Source of the DNA: Archaeoglobus sp. JdFR-37
Lineage (GTDB): Archaea > Halobacteriota > Archaeoglobi > Archaeoglobales > Archaeoglobaceae
Assembly: GCA_002010215.1 (NCBI GenBank)
Contig: MTMY01000018.1
Coordinates: 1 to 47,133, forward strand
Length of the DNA: 47,133 nt
Direction of reading: 5' to 3'
Made by a program: the position numbers and the translations under genes. Shown here piece after piece: positions 46,916 through 47,133 of this stretch (position 1 is the first letter of the stretch; each line of letters opens with the position of its first letter). The notes beneath the pieces are model-generated. The model did no database searches. It was not told where the DNA came from and worked only from the letters and a program-made list of their open reading frames with translations.

Positions 46916-47047
46916 ATTTCAATCCTATAGTCTGATTTGAACTGCCTTTACAGCCTCTTCGACAAACTCAGGAATGAACAAGGGTTCGATAAACGGACGT
47001 GGCAGGTGATTTTTCACCTTTCAATCCTACAATAGTCTGATTTGAAC
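46916..47047 (-). CRISPR. CRISPR mini-array: two repeats and one 75-nt spacer
   Basis: Minus-strand repeat GTTCAAATCAGACTATTGTAGGATTGAAAG (47047-47018, 30 nt, ending in the ATTGAAAG handle). Degenerate copy GTTCAAATCAGACTA---TAGGATTGAAAT (46942-46916). Spacer at 46943-47017. Confidence 0.85.
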
Positions 47048-47133
47048 ACCCGTTAATATTCCCTCTTTCACAAACTTAAAGCTTTCTTACCCCTTCCCTT
47101 ATTTAAATAGTGTCAGGAACCCCAAATAATGTA
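47048..47133 (-). promoter_or_regulatory. CRISPR leader with BRE/TATA
   Basis: AT-rich non-coding segment. Minus-strand GAAAGC-TTTAAG (47086-47075) lies about 28 nt upstream of the intact repeat. Confidence 0.65.

Overview
Archaeal chromosomal segment. Gene content and order, GGTGA-type RBS and BRE/TATA promoters point to Archaeoglobales; this is an inference, and the species cannot be named from the sequence. Left to right: (1) a minus-strand acyl-CoA catabolic cluster (two-subunit family I CoA-transferase, two thiolase-fold proteins that both lack the catalytic Cys, two DUF35 OB-fold partners, start of an acyl-CoA dehydrogenase); (2) a vapBC pair, serS, an exported gluzincin, a Cys4-HTH mini-protein, hydrolases, a Tat-lipoprotein DUF362, a flavoprotein disulfide reductase, tRNA-Thr(UGU) and an MFS transporter; (3) an AbrB-PIN-DUF365 three-gene operon divergent from TIP49; (4) housekeeping genes (thrS, EMC6-like protein, ABCE1, rimI-like acetyltransferase, KaiC-like ATPase, riboflavin pathway reductase, eIF5A-agmatinase, Na+/Ca2+ exchanger); (5) an ~11 kb H2-oxidation cluster (wHTH regulator, Tat-exported Vht-type [NiFe] hydrogenase with cytochrome b and protease, then hdrACB-mvhDGA and a second protease); (6) a THUMP-SPOUT RNA methyltransferase, an MFS transporter and, at the right edge, a two-repeat CRISPR mini-array with its own promoter and a 75-nt spacer, about double the usual length. 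No cas genes are in the window. The most notable items are the mini-array, the Cys-less thiolase/DUF35 module, the toxin-antitoxin operon with a PUA-like third gene, and an unexplained GC-rich intergenic stem at 26500-26586.
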